From assembly GCF_009914755.1 (NCBI RefSeq), contig NC_060926.1: a DNA stretch of 64,000 nt, one strand, 5' to 3'. The notes under the pieces were generated by a model. The model saw only the letters and a list, made by a program, of their open reading frames with translations. It did no database searches and was not told where the DNA came from. How positions within the stretch are numbered: the first letter of the stretch is position 1; every line of letters starts with the position of its first letter. The stretch comes from the human T2T-CHM13v2.0 reference genome, Homo sapiens. Shown here piece after piece: positions 12,663 to 25,173 of the stretch. The position numbers and the translations under genes are program-made.

Positions 12663-13419
12663 CGTCTTTTTTTTGTTTGTTTGTTTTTTACTAGCTTCAT
12701 AGTTTCAGGTCTCAGATTCAAGTCCTTAATCAATTTTTATTTGATTTGATTTTTGTGTATGGTGAGATGGGTTTAATTTTATCCTTCTACATATAGTTAT
12801 TCAGTTGTCCCAGGATCATTTATTGAAAAGACTGTTGTTTTCCCAGTGTATGTTCTTGATGCCTTTGTCAGAGATGAGTTGTTTGTAAATGTGTAGATTT
12901 GTCTGCGATCTCTATTCTGTTCCACTGTCCTATGTGTCTGTTTTTATGCCAGTAGAAGTATATTGGCAATAATTAGTACAGAAAATCTGAAACAATGAAA
13001 TGACAAAAGTGAATTATACTGATATAATTCATTATGCTCACTAAATGCAATAGCATACAGCTAGGAAAACAATGTAGTGCACACGGTATTAAAATACAAC
13101 ACAATTCAATATACACAGTGCTCACAGTGGCCATCGTTAGAGTGTTGAAGAAGGGGATGTAGTCAGCAAAAGTTGTACAGGTGACTTCAAAAGTAATCAT
13201 AAGCACTTATGATTACTTTTGGCTTAATTTCTTAAACCAAGACTGGAGACACAGGTGTTCATTATGTGCTTATTATATATATAAAATCAATATTTTATAA
13301 ATATATTGTTTCTGTTCAGTATTTAATAAAGTAAATCAATAGAAAAGGTTAAAAAGCAATGCACACATATTTCAAATATTTTTTGCTCCAAATTATATAA
13401 ACATTGCATAGTTATTGCC

Positions 13420-13610
13420 CTGGGCCTGGCAAGGTGACTCACACCTCTCATCCTAGCACTTTAGGAGACTGAGGCAGGACGATAGCTTCAGCCCCAGAGG
13501 TCAAGGCTGCAGTGAACCTTAATTGCACTACTGCACTCCAGCCTAGGTGACAGAGCAAGATGCTGTCTGAAGATAAAAATGAAAATAAGTTAATAAATAA
13601 ATAAATATAT
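13420..13610 (+). mobile_element. Alu monomer (FRAM/AluJ-like)
   Basis: gtcaaggctgcagtgaacc ... cactccagcctaggtgacagagcaaga + A-rich tail. Confidence 0.75.
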
Positions 13611-13633
13611 GTGTATATATTAACTGATTTTAT

Positions 13634-13637
<4 letters not shown>

Positions 13638-13693
<56 letters not shown>
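13638..13693. repeat. (TA)28 microsatellite
   Basis: Pure TA run. Confidence 0.95.
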
Positions 13694-13701
<8 letters not shown>

Positions 13702-16700
13702 CTTGGTCTATAGGCAATCTTACAGTGCTTAAGACTTTGATACTGAGAACAGATCTCCTAGGTATATGCTGTGTTTCTGGGGTGACATGATGCTCTCATC
13801 TGGCCTCTGTGAGCCTAATTCTATCTTACATTTACCCCACTCTTCAACAACAACTTGGGGAGGTGTCCCTAAACATTCCTAGGTGAACCCAAACCTGTGG
13901 CCCTCAACACATTTCTAGGTAAAGCAAGCTCCTGACATATCTGTGGATATCCTCTCATTGGAAGAAGGGGGAAGAGACCATCTCAAAATAATTCATTTAA
14001 TATAGCTTTTCAGCATTAATTTTATTTTGATAAAGAGACACACTGTAAATAAAATTTCTAAAAAAACTATAAACTTTCAAGCATTCTCACGCTAAATCTA
14101 GCCCTGCTCACATGCCAGGGAAGTATAAAGGTAATCTGTTTCTCAACCTGACCAGGATGCTACAATAATTAAAAATAAACTCAATCCCTGGATCCCTACC
14201 AAAGGGACGTTTCATATGGATCAAAGTTCTGGAAAAATTATTTGCCTGGAAATAGACTAATTCTCCAAAATATAATTGAAATAATAGCCTCTGGAAAGGG
14301 CCAAATATGACTCTTAATGATACAACAGCTAAATATAGGTCTAATGCTCATTCCGTGTGGACAACAATAGCAGCCATTCCCACAAATGGCTGATTTGTGG
14401 GAAGTAAACACTACTTTTGCAGAATCTTACATGATTTCAGTAGAAGGGCAAGGACATTTCAGTTGGGAACAGATTGCTCCATGGTAATGTAATCACTGTG
14501 TACCCAACAATGGCTCTTTCTTCCTAGCATCAATGCAGATGTTATTTTCACCTTAACTATTATCATTGCTGTTTCTAACCACATAAAAATGTATCCTTTA
14601 TATATCTGAAGTAGATTCATACTAGTGGTGTAACATCTCCAGCCATTTAAGGGTAAAAACAGAAAACGTATGATGTGTTTACGTACTGTTTTATACTCCT
14701 AACGCATGAAGAGAAGATCCTTTTATTCATTGCCTATACTTTTATTTCTAAACTTTCTGTAACACTTTATCTTATATCCAGCATAGAATTGAGATTTGCT
14801 TTTTGATTTAATCTGACAATATTTTTTCCTCTAATAAGAGTCAAGCCCACTTACTTTTAATGATAAATTGTGTTTGGTTATATTTTGATTACAGTATATT
14901 ATGCTATGATTTATATGCACATATCTGTCTTTTGCTGTCTTGTTTGTTTTTATTGCTTTTGTTTTGATGTTGTGATATTTGGAAGAGTTAAACTTTTATT
15001 CTGATGACTACCTTATGTAATTTCATAAAATCATCGCTTTCTTTAGACAGTAGCTAATGTCTCTAGACTAAGAACAATGGTATTAGCTGTATTCTCTTTC
15101 TTGTCCTTCCTATGTGATTTTTCATCCCACAATTTGATTTAATCATATTAACTTTGATTCCCCTGGTGCCATTAAGTATGCTTACATTTCTATAAACAAT
15201 ATCCTTTGACTCCCAGGCATTACAGATGAGCAGTCAGTAAAATCATTCTGAGAAATACTTTCTCTTTCCTTTTCTTCCATTTTTCTTAGTTGTATCATTT
15301 CTATATTGCCAGAGCACCTACAGTTGCATTTCTTTCTGTCAGCTTTATCCAGCATTTGTTTTTGTCTTTTATTTGAAGTTAAATATATTCCTTGCTCACT
15401 ACAACACTGGGGGAAGGGAGGTTTCTGTTGTCATTGTTGTGCTTGTACAGTTGTTTAGTTAAAAACATTGGCGAAAACAAAAACTGTATGTAGATGGAAT
15501 GGAGATAAGACAGAAAATGAGAGAGACTGATGATGAGTGTGCCTATTCTAGACTGGGAGGCGTGCTACACTGAGTAGTGTCTCAAGGCCGCAGGAAAGGA
15601 TGGTTGATTGTGAGCAGGTGGACTTTCCACTGGAGGAGAGAAGTCCTGCGCTCAACAACCTGTGCAGAACCAGAAACTGGTAATGCTTCAAATCAACTTA
15701 CAGACCTGGAGGTAGAAATTTAAGAAAACTCGTTTAGCACCTAGTTACCTAGAAAATATTAGCAACTATTTGCTGAGCATCTGTCAGTCTGTCTGTAGCA
15801 TGGAAGACCTGAGTACAGGGGAAACTGGATTAGTAACAGTGGGTCAGAAAATTATATAATATTCAACCAAAATTCCTGCTTTACATACACAGCACCTGGT
15901 ATTTCCAGAACTAGAAGGTAAAGAAATTATTTGTGCTTGAACTTGCAGAAAACTGCCTTTTCCCTTCTTCTCTTGCATCTTAACCTGGAGCTTCCCTTTT
16001 CTTGAGCCTCAGTGTGCTTCCCAACTCAATTTATAATTGACTTCCTGCAGTTTCTCCTTAGGACAGGGCTTTGTTTTGGGGGTGGTTAATTTGTAGGGTT
16101 CATAGGAAACAGACCACTCACAGCACCTGCTTTTTGCCATCCTCACTCTCAGCTATGAGTTGAGGTCCAGGAAGCCTTCTGCCAGCCTCAGCTGCTGTTG
16201 TCAGATTAATCTGCTGAGTTCTTTTTGCCTAGTAAGAATCTCTGAATTTAGGAACATAGATGTTAGCGCTTGTATTTCTAGGTTTTCCAGTTCCCAGGGC
16301 CATTAAACATTTTTTTCTTTCCTTTCCTTCTTCCAAAAAAATTGGTGATTCGCCTGGGTCCCTGTGGTTTAACCTCACAAAAGGTCCATGATGACACCCT
16401 GTTACATTGTTTTGTCATAGTTAATACCTTGTTATCCCAGTTGCTCAGTCAGTTTTTGTGAGAGATTCAGGGATATTAATAAAACTGTGCTGCTGCTGCT
16501 GCTAACATCTTGCACAAAAGCCCTATTAATTAAAATGTTTATTTTGCATGTGATTTTGAACTTGTAATTTTTATTCAAAGTTTTTCAACAGAGATCCAGA
16601 AAAGACCCTCGTTATATTTTTAGTTTTGTGCATTGCAACACTTTTTAGTGAAAAAAAAAAATACATGAGAACAACACAAGTGATTTTAAAAGAATAAACC

Positions 16701-18174
16701 TACAATCCATTAATTATAAAATGAAATACTATGCAGGTGTTAAGAATGAGGGAATCAATAAGAACTTGTGTGGGGTAACTATAAACTTAAAAAAAAAGAA
16801 TTAATGCTCATGTGACCATATTATCGTTAAAAAAATACAAGCATACTTGCACACACCTTCAAGCAAAATGGGTACAAGCATTTAAAAATATTTAAATTAA
16901 GTAAATGGCCCAATAATTTAACTTCGTATAATTCTATGTTCTCTGATTATTTTATATGCTAGAAACAGGCATTACTGTTTTGTTTATTTCATTTGAAATA
17001 ATTGTAGTCACATGAGGTTTAAGTTATAATACAGAGAGGTCACATATGCCTATTTTCTAATTGGATACCTTATTTATTACTATTGAGTTTTGAGAATTTT
17101 TTACATATGCTAGATGTAAGTTCTTTGTCAGATACATGGTATGCAAATTATTTCTCCCAGTCTGTAATTCATTTTTTCAACCTCTTTACAGGGTCTTTCT
17201 AAGTAAAAAAAAAAAAAAAATAAAAAAAAAAAAAAAAAGTGTTTATTTATTTTAATGAAGTCCAGTTTTATCACTTTTCCCTTTTGTAGATTTTGTTTTC
17301 GACATCAAGCCTAAAAATTATTTGCCTAGCCCAAGGTCTCAAGAGTTTTCTTCTGTTTTAAAAAGTTTAATGAATTTATTTATTTATTTATTTATTTATT
17401 ATTTTTGAGACGAGGTTTCACCCAAGCTGTAGTGCAGTGGTGCCATCATTGCTCACTGCAGCCACTAACGGCTGGATTGAAGTGATCCTTCCACCTCAGC
17501 CACTTGAGTAGTAGCTGGGATTACAGGCACGAGCTACCATACACAACTTTAAGTTTTATAATATTACATTTTACATTTAAGCCTGTGATTTATGTGAGCT
17601 AAATTTTGTATAAAGTATAAATTTAGGTCAGTCTTAGTTTTTGTACCTGTGAATGTCCAATTGCTCTAGCACCATTTGTTGAAAAAGATATCCTTCCTTT
17701 AAACTGATTTTGCATCCTTGTTAAAAAAAAAAAAATCAGTTGAATATAGTGTGGTCTGTCACCTTTTAATAAGATAAAAACATTGGCACTCACCAGATAT
17801 CAAAGTTTAGAAATTTTTTTAAAGCTAAACTTCTGAAAATTGAATAAAAACACCTCCACATGTCAAATTAGTCAATTTGTATAGGACGAATTCATTTAAA
17901 TATATTAAAATACAACATAATTCAAACCACTAAAGTGATAATACAAGACTATAAATTTAAAGGCTAATTATTAAGTCAAATTGCTGTATTCTACGTGTTA
18001 GAGTGAGTTCAAAAGATCCATTGTATTACTGAATAGGCAAAAGTTTTAATTTCAGAGGATAAAACTGATATATTACTGCCACCTTGTGGATATTCTGTTA
18101 TTATAGGCTATTATAAAAAGCAATGAGGGTATGTAATCTGTTCTAACAAGAAGCATTTCCTTTTTTTTGTCATT

Positions 18175-18380
18175 TTTATTATTGTTATTATTACATTTTA
18201 AGTTCTGAGATACATGTACAGAACCTGGAGGTTTGTTATATAGGTATACACATGCCATGATGGTTTACTGCACCCACCAACCCATCATCTACATTAGGTA
18301 TTTCTCCTAATGCTATCACTCCCCCAGGCCCCGGTATGTGATGTTCCCCTCCCTGTGTCCATGTGTTCTCATTGTTCAAC
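18175..18380 (-). mobile_element. L1PA 3' end fragment
   Basis: tttaagttctgagatacatgtacagaac ... tgtgtccatgtgttctcattgttcaact. Confidence 0.85.
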
Positions 18381-18461
18381 TCAAAAGAAAAGCAGAAGCA
18401 TTTTCTGCTTTCCAAATTTCTTAAATACAATGCAACTTCATGTTTAATTTAACTAACTTAA

Positions 18462-18755
18462 TTTTTTTGAGACAAGGTCTAGCTCTGTTGCCCAGGCTGG
18501 AGTGGAGTGGCGTGAATATGGTTCAGTGAAACCTCCACCTCCCTGGCTCAAGTGATCCTCCTTACTCAGCCTCTCGAGTAGCTAGGACCACAGGCACGCA
18601 CCACCATGGCCAGCTAATTTCTTTTTTATTTTTTGTAGAGATGAGGTCTCACTTTGTTGTCCGCGCTGGTCTCAAACTCCTGGGCTCAAAGGATCCTCTT
18701 GCCATGGTCTCCCACAGTGCTGGGATTTATAGGTGTGTGCCATGGCACCGGGCCT
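18462..18755 (-). mobile_element. AluJ
   Basis: gagacaaggtctagctctgttgcccaggctgg ... caaactcctgggctcaaaggatcc. Confidence 0.88.
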
Positions 18756-18994
18756 ACGCAACTGTAGAGAAGCCTTTTATTCTTTCATAAAAACAGTTGT
18801 AGATATTTTCCTTATGGAATTTATTTGTGGTGAAATATTTTAATAGACAGTTTAATTTGTTAAATAATTTGTCTCAGATAATAATAATTGATTAATATTA
18901 AAACTACAAAACAAGTAGGGTCTTCTTTTTCTATGAAAAATGAAAGTTGATTCTGACATTTATGTAAACATTTTAAATATTCAAAGTATATAAA

Positions 18995-21245
18995 TGTGAA
19001 GTCCTATCAAGAGTAATTAGACAAGAGAAAGAAATAAAGGCCATTCAAATCGGAAAGGAGGACATCAAATTGTTCCTATTTGCAGATGACATGATCTTAT
19101 ATATAGGAAAACCTGAAGACTCTACCAGAAAACTTTTAGAACAAACAAATTCAGTGAAGTTGCAAGACACAAAACTAATACACAAAGATTGGTTGCATTT
19201 ATATATGTGAACAACAAACTCGCTGAAAAAGAAATTAAGAAGGCAAACCCATTTACAATAGTTACCAAAAAAATAAAACCCAGACATAAATGTAACCAAG
19301 GAGGTAAAATGAAAGCTACAAAACACTAATGAAAGAAATTGAAGAGGATACAAACAAATGAAAAGACATTCACACTCATGGATCAGAAATATGAATGTTG
19401 TTAAAGTGACAGTACTACTCAAAAGCAACCTACAGATTCCATGCAATCTCTATCAAAATACCTATGAATATTCTTCACAAAATTAAAAAAAATCCAAAGA
19501 GATTTTATGGAATCAAAAAATATCCTGAATAGCCAAAGCCATCCTAAGCAAAAAGAACAAAGCTGGATGTATCATGCTGCCAGACCTCAGAATATACTAC
19601 AAAACTGTAGTAACCAAAACATCATGGTATTGGCATAAAAACAGACACATAGACCTATGGAATAGAATAAAGAACCCAGAAAATCCACATATCTCAGCCA
19701 ACGGATTTTTTACAAAGGCGCCAAGAACACTCATTGGGGAAAGGATAGTCTCTTCGATAAATGGTGCTGGAAAAACTGGATATCCATATGCAGAAGAATG
19801 AAACTAGACCTCTGCCTCTCACCCTATACAAAGATCAACTCAAAGTATCTCAAATACCCAAATATAAGACCCAAAATGGTAAAGCTACTAGAAGAAAACA
19901 TAGGGGAGATCCTTCAGGACATTGCTCTGGGAAAATATTTTATGAATAAGGCATCAAAAGCACAGGCAGCAAAAGAAAAAATAAACAAATGGGATCACAT
20001 CAAGCTAAAAATCTTCTGCACAGCAAAGGAAATAATAAAGTGAGTGAAAAGGCAATCTACAGAATGGGAGAAAATATAAACTCATCTGGCAGGAAATTAA
20101 TATCAAGAATATACAAGGAATTCAAACATATCAACAGCAAAGAAGCACAACAATCTAATTAAATATAAACAAATGCTCTGAACAGACATTTCTCAAAAGA
20201 AGACATACAAATGACCAACAAGTATATGAAAAAATGTTCAACACCACTAATCAGCAAGGAAATGCTAATCAAAGCCACAGTGAGGCATCATCTTACTCCA
20301 GTTAGGATGGCTATTATAGAAGAGACAAAAATAACAAATGCTGACAAAGACGTGAAGAAAAGGGACTTTTTTTTTTTTGACAGAGTCTCACTCTCCGTCC
20401 AGGCTGGAGTGCAGTGGTGGTGTAATCTGGCTCCCTCTGCTTCTAGGGTTCAAATAGTTCTCCTCCCTCAGCCTCCTGAGTAGCTGGAGAAAAAGGAACT
20501 CTTATGCACTGTTGGTAGGAATGTAAATTAGTGCAGCCGGTATGGAGAACAGTATTGAAACACCTCAAGCAATCCCACTACTGGGAATTTATCCAAAGGA
20601 AAGAAAAGCATTATATTGCAGAGACATCTGCATCCCCATGTTTATTGCAACAGTGTTCACAATAGCCAAGATATGGAATCAACCTAGGTTTCCAACAACA
20701 GATGAATGGATTTTTAAAATATGGTATATATACACCAAGGAATGCTATTTAGCCATAAAAAAGAATAAATAAAATCCTGTCATTCTCAGCAACATGGATG
20801 GAACTGGAGGATACTATGCTAAGCAAAATAAGCCAGGAATAGAAATTTCAACACCACATGTTCTCACTCACGCAGAAGCTAAAAAAAAGTTGATCTCATA
20901 GAAGTAAAAAGTAGAACAGAGGATACTGCAGGCTGAAAAGGGTAGGGAGAAAGGAGGAATAGTAAGAGATTTGTTAATGGATACAAAATTACAGCTAGGT
21001 AAGAGTAATAAGTTCTAGTGTTCTATAGTACTGTAGATGACTATAGTTAACAATGCTATATTATGTAGTTTAAAATACCTAGGAGTAGTTTGAATGTTCC
21101 CAACACAAAGAAATAATAAATGTTTGAGATGATAGATATGCTAATTGCCCTGATCTGATCACCATCTACATGTACTGAAACATCCCCGTAGAGCCATGAA
21201 TATGTATAATCTTTGTCAATTTAAAAAGTAAAAAAAAAAAAAAAT
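18995..21245 (+). mobile_element. L1 (L1MA-like) ORF2 3' half, 3'UTR and polyA, with a 5'-truncated minus Alu at about 20366-20487
   Basis: LFADDMILY RT motif (ctatttgcagatgacatgatc, about 19076); ORFs [27 protein letters not shown] and [17 protein letters not shown]. Confidence 0.92.
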
Positions 21246-21360
21246 TAATCTTGGAGAATGCATTTGAAGGACTTGTACTCAAGAAATCAACTTAAGAACC
21301 TGAGTCTCCTTGGAATTTGTGTTTTCTAGACCAGTACTTCTCCAAATTAAAGCAAATTTA

Positions 21361-21663
21361 GGCTGGGCATGGTGTCCCATGTCTATAATCTCAGCACTTT
21401 GGAAGGCCGAGGAGGGCAGATCACTTGAGGTCAGGAGTTCGAGACCAGCTGACCCAACATTGTGAAACCCTGTCTCTACTAAAAATACAAAAATTAGCCG
21501 GGCATGATGGCATGTGCCTGTAATCCCAGCTACTTTGGAGGCCGAGGCAAGATAATCGCTTGAACTGGAGAGGTGGAAGTTGCAGTGAGCCGAGATTGCA
21601 CCACTGAGCTCCAGCCTGGGCAACAGAGCAAGACTCTGTCTCAAAAAAAAAAAAAAAAAAAAA
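21361..21663 (+). mobile_element. AluS
   Basis: Full dimer; TSD-like aaagcaaattta/aaagcgaattta. Confidence 0.92.
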
Positions 21664-22044
21664 GCGAATTTAGTTCACTTTGGTATTGTGTCAAAATGTT
21701 GATTCTTTTAAAGTAAATCTAAAGAATTTACGTGTAGTTGAAGCTTGTCATCTGTTAATTTTTTTAATTAAAATATAATATTTAGATTCAGAGTAAATCT
21801 AAAGTGAGACCTGAAGCTGCTCTCAGGTGATACTGATGCTGCTTATTTTTGCCCAGGTTTTGAGTCACAAGGTTCTAAATTATTGTTTTGAAGTCCTACA
21901 TGAGTAATCACTTGGAGAGCTCAATTAACACCCAGGAACAGACTAATTATTAATAAACCAGAATCTTCAGTATTAGGCTTCAATCATTGGCAATTTTTTT
22001 TTTTTGACACACAGTCTCCCACTGTCGCCCAGGCTGAAGTCCTG

Positions 22045-23110
22045 AGGCCAGAATGAGATTAGGACATGGTTCCTTTGCCTAAGTAAAGTGAGGCAGACAA
22101 TGGAATACTTCAGACTTCAAATTAGTACGGTAAGTGCTATGAAGAGTATGATTAGAGTTCATTATTTACCCAGAAAAGGGTCACTCAGCCCAGCCTGGGA
22201 GTTAGAGAAGGTTTCCTGAAGTCTTGACATGTGAGTCATGAAAGGACATAAGGAGTTAACCACGTGACAAAATAAGCTAAGGGAATTCTCAACAAAAGAC
22301 AAAATATTGGCAAAGGCTTTTAGGCATATACTAGCTTAGTATTATTGGGAGAATGTAATTATTTTCTGTATTTCAAAAGTGTAAAATACAAAGTGGGCCA
22401 TGGTATGAGATAAACCAGTAAATATGTTCTGGGAACAGATCATAGAAGGGCGTGTATGCTGTCCTAAGGAGCTTAAACTTCAACTTCAGTTCATGGGAGC
22501 CAATGACAAGATCTGAGCAGGGGAAGGATGTGGCTAGAGGGGCATTTTAGACAGACAAGATCCTCTGTGGATTACACCTAGGCTAAGCAACGGGTTAAAG
22601 TTGTTGTCTTAAGACAATAGTCCAGGTAAAAGATAATAAAGTTTTAAATTAGGATGTTAGTAGGAATGAGGAAGAGGGATGGGTTTCAGAAATAGTAAGG
22701 AAATGTATTAGCAGGACTTGATTAGTGATTGACTTGGGGAAGGAGGGGAAGATAGAGTTCAGGATGACTCCGAGACTGTCTGGTGTCGGTGGCTAATGAC
22801 TGAAGCTATTAATAGAGGGAGGAAATGCAGACCAAAAGCAGGCCCGGGGTGAGAGATGATAAATTTGAATTTTAACATGTTGAGTTTGGACATCCAGGAT
22901 GAAATAACCACAAAACATTTAAATATACGAATCTGAAAAGGTAAGCATCATAAGCATATGAGCTATTGGTAAAATTCTGATACTTAATGAAGTCTTGCAG
23001 GGAGGCAGTACAGAGGCAAGCAATGGGCTGGGGATAAAACATAGGGAAATATTATTTAAATAAAGATGAAAGAAAAGGAGCCCACAAAGGAAGCTGAAAA
23101 GGCATAGTCA
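22045..23110. mobile_element. Old L2 LINE remnant
   Basis: gttcaggatgactcc, tttgaattttaacatgttgagtttg, ggattacaccta-type L2 3' motifs. Confidence 0.55.
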
Positions 23111-23394
23111 AAAAAAGAGGCTTGCCAAAGTGCCACCTTTGAAGCTCTGCTGTTACACTTTATAAGGAAACTTTTGGTTACCTGAGATTGCATGCATTTA
23201 TAAAAGTTTCTATTATTAGGAAGACAATAATAATGGTAAGGTTCTTTCTCATTGTTGTCAGTGTAATTTATTTAATTATAGAACCTAGTTCCAGGATGCT
23301 TAATCTGAAGTATATACTTGGGGCAAAATGAATTATAACTTAATAATAATCTGGAATTTTTCTCTCTAACTTGACATATTTTAATTCTTGCTAG

Positions 23395-23496
23395 ATTTTC
23401 AAAATGTCATACCTCGAACCACCACCAGATGGCTATGAGAATGTTACAAATATTGTGCCACCATATAATGCTTTCTCAGCCCAAGGCATGCCAGAG
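23395..23496 (+). pseudogene. NAALAD2: Isolated NAALAD2-like (glutamate carboxypeptidase III) internal exon, 102 bp, phase 0-0
   Basis: ttcttgctag|ATTTTC...CCAGAG|gtaaaa; translates [34 protein letters not shown], matching recalled NAALAD2 [34 protein letters not shown]; neighbouring exons not seen. Confidence 0.88.
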
Positions 23497-23789
23497 GTAA
23501 AATAAAATACATTTGTAACCCAAGTCTTTAAATGGTTCTTTTGCTATATAAAACCTGTATAGAGGACTAAAACCAGGGAAATTAGGTGAATCATTCATGC
23601 GGATTCATTGTTTGATATTCAGTACTATGAAAACCTCATCCCTCAAATTTAAAAATAGAAAAGAACACCAGACAGAGAAAAAAGAAACAAAACAAATACA
23701 TTAAAAACTGACCCTGCTGAAGCAGATGCCACTCTTTGAAATAACAAAGAAACTGCTGAACACGCCTTTAATTCAGTGAGGCAGTAGGT

Positions 23790-24115
<326 letters not shown>

Positions 24116-24710
24116 TTAAAAAGGGAAACTTCCTATTTGCCCTCTAAAGGTTTGCAGAAAATGAATGGACAAAACATAAATTAATAGAAGAAAGAGGCAA
24201 AAAAAAATTCTGTAAAATGTAGGCGAAAAATCACAGGGTCTCACTCAGTTACCCAGCATGAAGTGCAGTGGTGTGATCATGGCTCCTTGCAACCTTGAAT
24301 TCTCAAGCACAAGTGATTCTGCCCCCTAAGCCTATGGAGTAGCTGGGATCACAGGGGCATGCCACCATGCCCACATACATGGGTATTTGCTGGAGAGGAG
24401 ATGGAGACTCTCTGTCCTGGATGTGAGACAGGTGGCTGGCATCTGGGTAAGGATGACATTCCCTCATTGCTAAAGAGTAAAAGAGGAAAGTGTCATGGAT
24501 AGTGCAAGCAGGGACATGCCCTGACCTAGTGAGGTCCAGAGGCTTATATTGTCCTTCATAGGAGAGTGGGAAGAAGCGAGTGTATGCAACCCAGGGGAAA
24601 TAAATGACCTAAAATAAAAGAAATAGATCATCAGAAGTGTAGACGTATTAGTCAGGGTTCTCTAGAGTGACAGAATTAAAGGACTATATACATATATATA
24701 TGAAGGGGAG

Positions 24711-25069
24711 TGAGATGGTTAATAATGACTGTCAACTTGATAGGATTGAGGGATATGAAGTATTGATCCAGGGTGTGTCTGTGAGAGTGTTGCCGAAAGA
24801 GATTAACATTTGAGTCAGTGGGCTGGGGAAGGCAGACCCACCCTTAATCTGGTGAGCACAATCTAATCTGCTGCCAGCAAATATAAAGCAGGCAGAAAAA
24901 TTTGAAAAGGAGTGACTGGCCTAGCCTCCCAGCCTACATCTTTCTCCCATGCTGGTTTCTTCCTGCCCTCAAACATTGGACTCCATGGCTCTCCTTTCTC
25001 ATCAGTTTGCAGACAGCCCATTGTGTAACTTATGATCCTGTAAGTTAATAAACTCCCCTTTATAAATAA

Positions 25070-25109
<40 letters not shown>

Positions 25110-25173
25110 ATATATATATATATATGTATATATCCTGTTAGTTCTGTCCCTCTAGATGCCACTGGCTAATACA
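24711..25173 (+). mobile_element. Solo MLT2A LTR inserted inverted into the HERV-L 3' LTR
   Basis: TGagatggttaataa...ctaataCA; TSD-like gggag (24706-24710)/ggaag (25174-25178). Confidence 0.88.

Larger units (their letters stand above)
10855..12955 (-). mobile_element. L1 (L1MA-like) ORF2 3' end and 3'UTR, interrupted by Alus
   Basis: ORF 11336..11626 [24 protein letters not shown]...[17 protein letters not shown] is the L1 ORF2 C-terminal cysteine-rich region. Confidence 0.9.

Noticed and set aside
14431-14523. Possible minus-strand exon with donor CAT|gtaaga
   Set aside because: Acceptor lacks a pyrimidine tract, stops in all three frames, no recognisable peptide
18077-18089. CTCF-like motif CCACAAGGTGGCA (minus)
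   Set aside because: A single near-match in 64 kb is expected by chance; needs ChIP data
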